Source: Alphaproteobacteria bacterium
GTDB lineage: Bacteria > Pseudomonadota > Alphaproteobacteria > UBA828
Assembly: GCA_963422645.2 (NCBI GenBank)
Contig: CAXXVO010000008.1
Span: 288,001 to 352,000, forward strand
Length of the DNA: 64,000 nt
Direction: 5' to 3'
In this document: piece by piece, positions 60,571 to 64,000 of the stretch
How the letters are laid out: each line of letters opens with the position of its first letter
How positions within the stretch are numbered: the stretch's first letter is position 1
Program-made: the position numbers and the translations under genes
Notes under the pieces: model-generated
The model's database searches: none
What the model was told of the DNA's origin: nothing
Seen by the model: only the letters and a program-made list of their open reading frames with translations

Positions 60571-60735
60571 GTAACTGCCCAGGTACCCCCTCTCTCTTAT
60601 GGAACAAGCCAGTTCCTTTTGCGTCAACGCCCCCACGCCGCGGGGGTGCCTACTCTCTTGAGCGCGAGAGGATGATGAACGCCGCGTCGCGAACAAGATG
60701 AGAGGACAGCGATACTCAGGATGAGCCGGAGAAGT

Positions 60736-62274
60736 TCAGGAGCGCAGTATAGGGATCAGCTGCATCGGTTCCGGGTGCGCCAGGATTTGCAGGATGTTCC
60801 AGCCTTGCTTTCGAGCGGTGACGATGACGCTGCGCATTCCGGCGAAGTTGCAGGCGCCTTGCAGGGAGCGGAAGCCGCCTGAGATCTTCTCATGCACTTT
60901 GTTCATACGGATGTCACGCTCCGCCTCGTTATTCGTGAACGGCGTGCGCAGGTCGGTGAGGAAGCGCAGGCAGCCCTCCTTATGCTTTTGAAGGCGGCGC
61001 GCGAGGTTGTGGCCGATGCGGCGTTTCTTTCGCCCTCGCTTTGCGATCTGGAGCGGCGGTTGGGCCTCATGGAAGGCGATGGCTTCTTCGAGGATACGGT
61101 CCCATGCCCTTGAGATGCGGGCCACCAGGGAGGCGGGGACTTGACGGTCTTTCTCACGGGCGAAGCGGGCGGCCCTGCGCGCGCGCTGAAGCAGGCGGTG
61201 CATGCTCGCCGCCCATTCCTCCTTCTCGATGTCGATCAGGGCCTGGAGTTCGCGCAGGTGATGTGCGTTGCAGGCGCCGTGGCGGACGCCCTTGATGGTG
61301 AAGTAGGGGGCGAAGTCGTCGTGGACGAGGATGCCTTTCAGGTTCTTTTCGACATCGCCGCGTCCCTCGCCGATGCGCAGGACGGTGAGCAACGGGGTGC
61401 ACAGCACATGGAGCCAGCGGGTACGGGCGGCGATACGCAGGCCGGTCTCGTCGAGGTGCTTGACCGGCGCCTGCGTGCGGATCAGATCGGCGACATGGTC
61501 GAGGAAGCCCTCGAAGCGCTGCGCTGTGCGCCGGCCCATGGCGGCGATCGTGGCAGTGGAGATGGACACCGCGAAGATGTCGCTCATGAGTTCGGCCAGA
61601 CGCTTCTCGGGCACGAACTGGGCGTACAGCAGGTAACTCACCCAAGCGGTGATGCGAGGGCCGTACTGGACCGGGGCGGTGACGCCCGGCGGGAAGGCGG
61701 CTCGTGTCAGCGTGCCGCATGCGCCGCAGAGGCAGCGATGGGCGCGGTGTTCGGTGACCTCGAGAGGCTGCGGCTCGGGTACGTCGAAGACCTGCCGACA
61801 GGCGGGCGCGCCTTGCCGGTCGGCGTCCGAGAGCTCGACGCCACAGCCGGAACAGGTGGAGGGGTGGTGATCGACGACACGGTCCGGGCTGTCGCTCCGC
61901 GCGAGGGTGGTTCCCTTGTGGCCGGGCTGGCCGCCACTGGGCCCGCCGGACTTTCCGCGCTGGCTTTGGGTGCGCCTCTGGGCTCCGCTTTTCTTCTTGA
62001 GCCCGTCGCTGGCGGGGGGCTTGCTGCTTGTGGTGCTGTTGAGGGCCGCGCTGCGCTCGAGTTCGGCGATGCGCTCGCGCAGGGCCGCGTTCTCCTGCTC
62101 GAGTGCGGCATTTTCCCGGGCGAGCGCGGTGGCTGATCGCAGCAGCCCCTGCCCCCATTCCCGGACGGCAACGACGACAGTGGTTGCGAGGGATGATGGC
62201 TCGAGAAGCTCCTTCAGGCAGCAGAAGGCCTCGTTACGGGCGGCGAGGTCTTCGTGCCAGTGCGACACCGTCAC
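60736..62274 (-). CDS. IS66 transposase
   Basis: SSKPPASDG, HLDETG, CNAHHLREL, FTNNEAERDIR; GTG start overlapping the upstream stop (GTGA) is inferred. Confidence 0.93.
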   Translation of the reverse strand: MTVSHWHEDLAARNEAFCCLKELLEPSSLATTVVVAVREWGQGLLRSATALARENAALEQENAALRERIAELERSAALNSTTSSKPPASDGLKKKSGAQRRTQSQRGKSGGPSGGQPGHKGTTLARSDSPDRVVDHHPSTCSGCGVELSDADRQGAPACRQVFDVPEPQPLEVTEHRAHRCLCGACGTLTRAAFPPGVTAPVQYGPRITAWVSYLLYAQFVPEKRLAELMSDIFAVSISTATIAAMGRRTAQRFEGFLDHVADLIRTQAPVKHLDETGLRIAARTRWLHVLCTPLLTVLRIGEGRGDVEKNLKGILVHDDFAPYFTIKGVRHGACNAHHLRELQALIDIEKEEWAASMHRLLQRARRAARFAREKDRQVPASLVARISRAWDRILEEAIAFHEAQPPLQIAKRGRKKRRIGHNLARRLQKHKEGCLRFLTDLRTPFTNNEAERDIRMNKVHEKISGGFRSLQGACNFAGMRSVIVTARKQGWNILQILAHPEPMQLIPILRS

Positions 62275-62936
62275 GTGTCTTCGGCCTCGACGGCCATCAT
62301 GGCGGCGAGCACGGCGAGGCGTTCGCCCGGCGGCAAGGCCTGGTAGCGCCGGCCCCAGTTGGCTGCCTTGCGCTTGATGCGCTGGCGGTCGGTGAAGTTC
62401 CGGCCTGCGTGGCTGGCCCAATGCATCCGGTCGGGGGCGTAGTTGAACCAGACGACCTCGGTTCGCACCAGACCCTGGGTCGTGACCTGCAGCGCCAGCC
62501 GGCGCCATCCCGCCAGCACCTCGTCATAGAGCGCCGACGGATGGCCCGAGATCATGACCTGGCAGGGCAGAGCCTTGAGCAGCGCGAGAAGCGCGACGTG
62601 GCCGGCCTCCTCGTACTCGAAGCGGTAGCGCTGCGCCGAGCGGCGGGTCGCGTGCAGATAGGGCGGATCGCTGTAAACCAGCTCCGGGCCCAGGAACGGG
62701 AACGAGGCCAGGAAGTCATGGGCACAGCCGTGAACCAGATCGACCGGGTAGTCGCAGACGAAGGCCTCGAGCGCCTGCGCATCGCGGTCGATGCCGATCG
62801 AACGCACGGCCGGCGGCTTGCGCTTCGTCAGCGCCCCGCCCCCAAGGTGGCTTTCGATGTAGACGGAGTGCGGCGGCATCAGCGCAATCAGCGCTTGGCA
62901 CAGACCTGCTGTCGCCTTCGAGCCGAAATACCCCAT
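62271..62936 (-). CDS. Dam-like (D12 class) N6-adenine DNA methyltransferase
   Basis: YFGSK, YIESHLGGGA (SAM-binding motif I), YSDPPY (motif IV), VMISG. Confidence 0.88.
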   Translation of the reverse strand: MGYFGSKATAGLCQALIALMPPHSVYIESHLGGGALTKRKPPAVRSIGIDRDAQALEAFVCDYPVDLVHGCAHDFLASFPFLGPELVYSDPPYLHATRRSAQRYRFEYEEAGHVALLALLKALPCQVMISGHPSALYDEVLAGWRRLALQVTTQGLVRTEVVWFNYAPDRMHWASHAGRNFTDRQRIKRKAANWGRRYQALPPGERLAVLAAMMAVEAEDT

Positions 62937-63128
62937 GGACCGCTCCCGTCACGCGAGAGAGCAGTCCATAGTCCCGCAACTCTATGAGGTCAAGAACCAA
63001 TCGCGGTGGCAGAACCAGGCCGCGGCCGCCGCCATAATCACCGTCCTCAACTCAGGATTGGGGTACCTGGGTAGTTACCATATATTTAGTCAGTTAGGCG
63101 ATGAACTTCATCCGATGAGACAATATCA

Positions 63129-63613
63129 ATGTCCTCCGTAATCGTCGAACGGATCGAGTTGCTGGCGATCGGGCCCGATGGCGAGAGGGTGACGTGGTCG
63201 TCGCACCTCGGGCCCATGTACGAGGCGCTGATCGTGGCGCGGCTCTTCCTCTCCAATGGCGTGGAGGCCATTGCCGGTACGACGACCTATACGGAACACG
63301 AGTTCGACAAGACTGCGTACTCTGCTGCCAACCTGATGGCGCCATTCGTGCTCGGGCGAGACGCATTCGACACCCACGCTGCTTACAAAGACATGCGAAA
63401 GCGCTACGTCCCTCTTGGGCATGCGGCGCTTTCCCTCTTCGACATTGCCCTGCACGACGGCAAAGCGAAGTCTGAGAACCTGCCGATATATCGAATGCTG
63501 GGCGCCGCCCGGCACGAAATCCCCGCCTATGCGTCGAGCCCGTTATTGTCTACAGATCAAGCCTATATCGAGTACTGCCGTCAAGTACTTGAGCTGGGCT
63601 ATCGGGCGAACCG
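63129..63613 (+). pseudogene. Mandelate racemase / enolase superfamily enzyme, truncated by IS1595
   Basis: SLFDIALHDGKAK...LPIYRMLG...IPAYAS...GYRA, then breaks before the catalytic barrel. Confidence 0.85.
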
Positions 63614-64000
63614 CTTATGCACATGGCTCCGGTCGCGAGAGTTTGCCACCAGATGTTGAGGTTGAGGTTAGGGCGGGAGAACGGGTAGAATGTTGCCTAT
63701 ACGTTCCTGCCGACGGAGCCACCACATGAAACAGGTCGCCGACAGCCTCCTCGCCTTCCAGCACATGTTCCCGGACGATGACGCCTGCGCCGCCTGGCTG
63801 ATCGAAATGCGCTGGCCGGACGGCTTCGTCTGTCCCGCGTGCGGCCATGAAAAGGGATGGGCGCTGCGCAGAAAAGCACACACCTTCGAGTGCGCCGGCT
63901 GCCGCCGGCAGACCTCGGTGACGGCCGGGACGATCCTGCACGCCAGCAAGCTGCCGCTCACCGTCTGGTTCTGGGCCGCCTACCTGATGGCGACCCACTC
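63614..64000 (+). mobile_element. IS1595 family element (partial)
   Basis: Probable left end CTTATGCACATGGCTCCGG followed by the transposase; exact boundary uncertain. Confidence 0.75.
63726..64000 (+). CDS. IS1595 transposase, N-terminal zinc ribbon (partial, not in the ORF track)
   Basis: Hand translation: MKQVADSLLAFQHMFPDDDACAAWLIEMRWPDGFVCPACG...FECAGCRRQTSVTAGTILHASKLPLTVWFWAAYLM. Confidence 0.92.
   Translation, partial: MKQVADSLLAFQHMFPDDDACAAWLIEMRWPDGFVCPACGHEKGWALRRKAHTFECAGCRRQTSVTAGTILHASKLPLTVWFWAAYLMATH

Larger units (their letters stand above)
60571..63078 (-). mobile_element. IS66-family element 2 with a methyltransferase passenger
   Basis: 19-bp TIRs, 18/19 matched: GTAACTGCCCAGGTACCCC (60571) and GGGGTACCTGGGTAGTTAC (63060-63078). 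Confidence 0.88.

Noticed and set aside
58739-63078. Single composite IS66 transposon inserted as one unit
   Set aside because: The outer flanks share no 8-bp duplication and the interrupted gene does not resume on the right.

Overview
GC-rich alphaproteobacterial chromosome segment (Rhodospirillales-like by gene order; inference). The core blocks are truB'-rpsO-pnp, ymdB-ygfA-6S RNA-zapA, an aa3 cytochrome c oxidase operon, tldD-leuS-lptE-holA, ccmDEFGHI and lexA-comEC-gltX. Two accessory zones interrupt them. Zone 1 (about 4.5-21.6 kb) has an orphan TG-started transposon end cutting an ABC permease, followed by decayed defence-like cargo (QueC-like fragment, hypotheticals, broken AbiEi/AbiEii). 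It also holds the most notable locus: divergent hypB-hypA nickel chaperones facing a two-subunit ureohydrolase (one subunit with all metal ligands, one pseudo-enzyme) that resembles the metformin/dimethylguanidine hydrolase family, followed by a PuuE-like hydrolase. A nested IS (IS21 inside a 17-bp-TIR element) comes next. Zone 2 (58.7-64 kb) is an IS pile-up, including an IS66-type element that carries a translationally coupled Dam-like methyltransferase inside its own TIRs. Family assignments come from motifs read by eye and recalled family knowledge; no searches were run.
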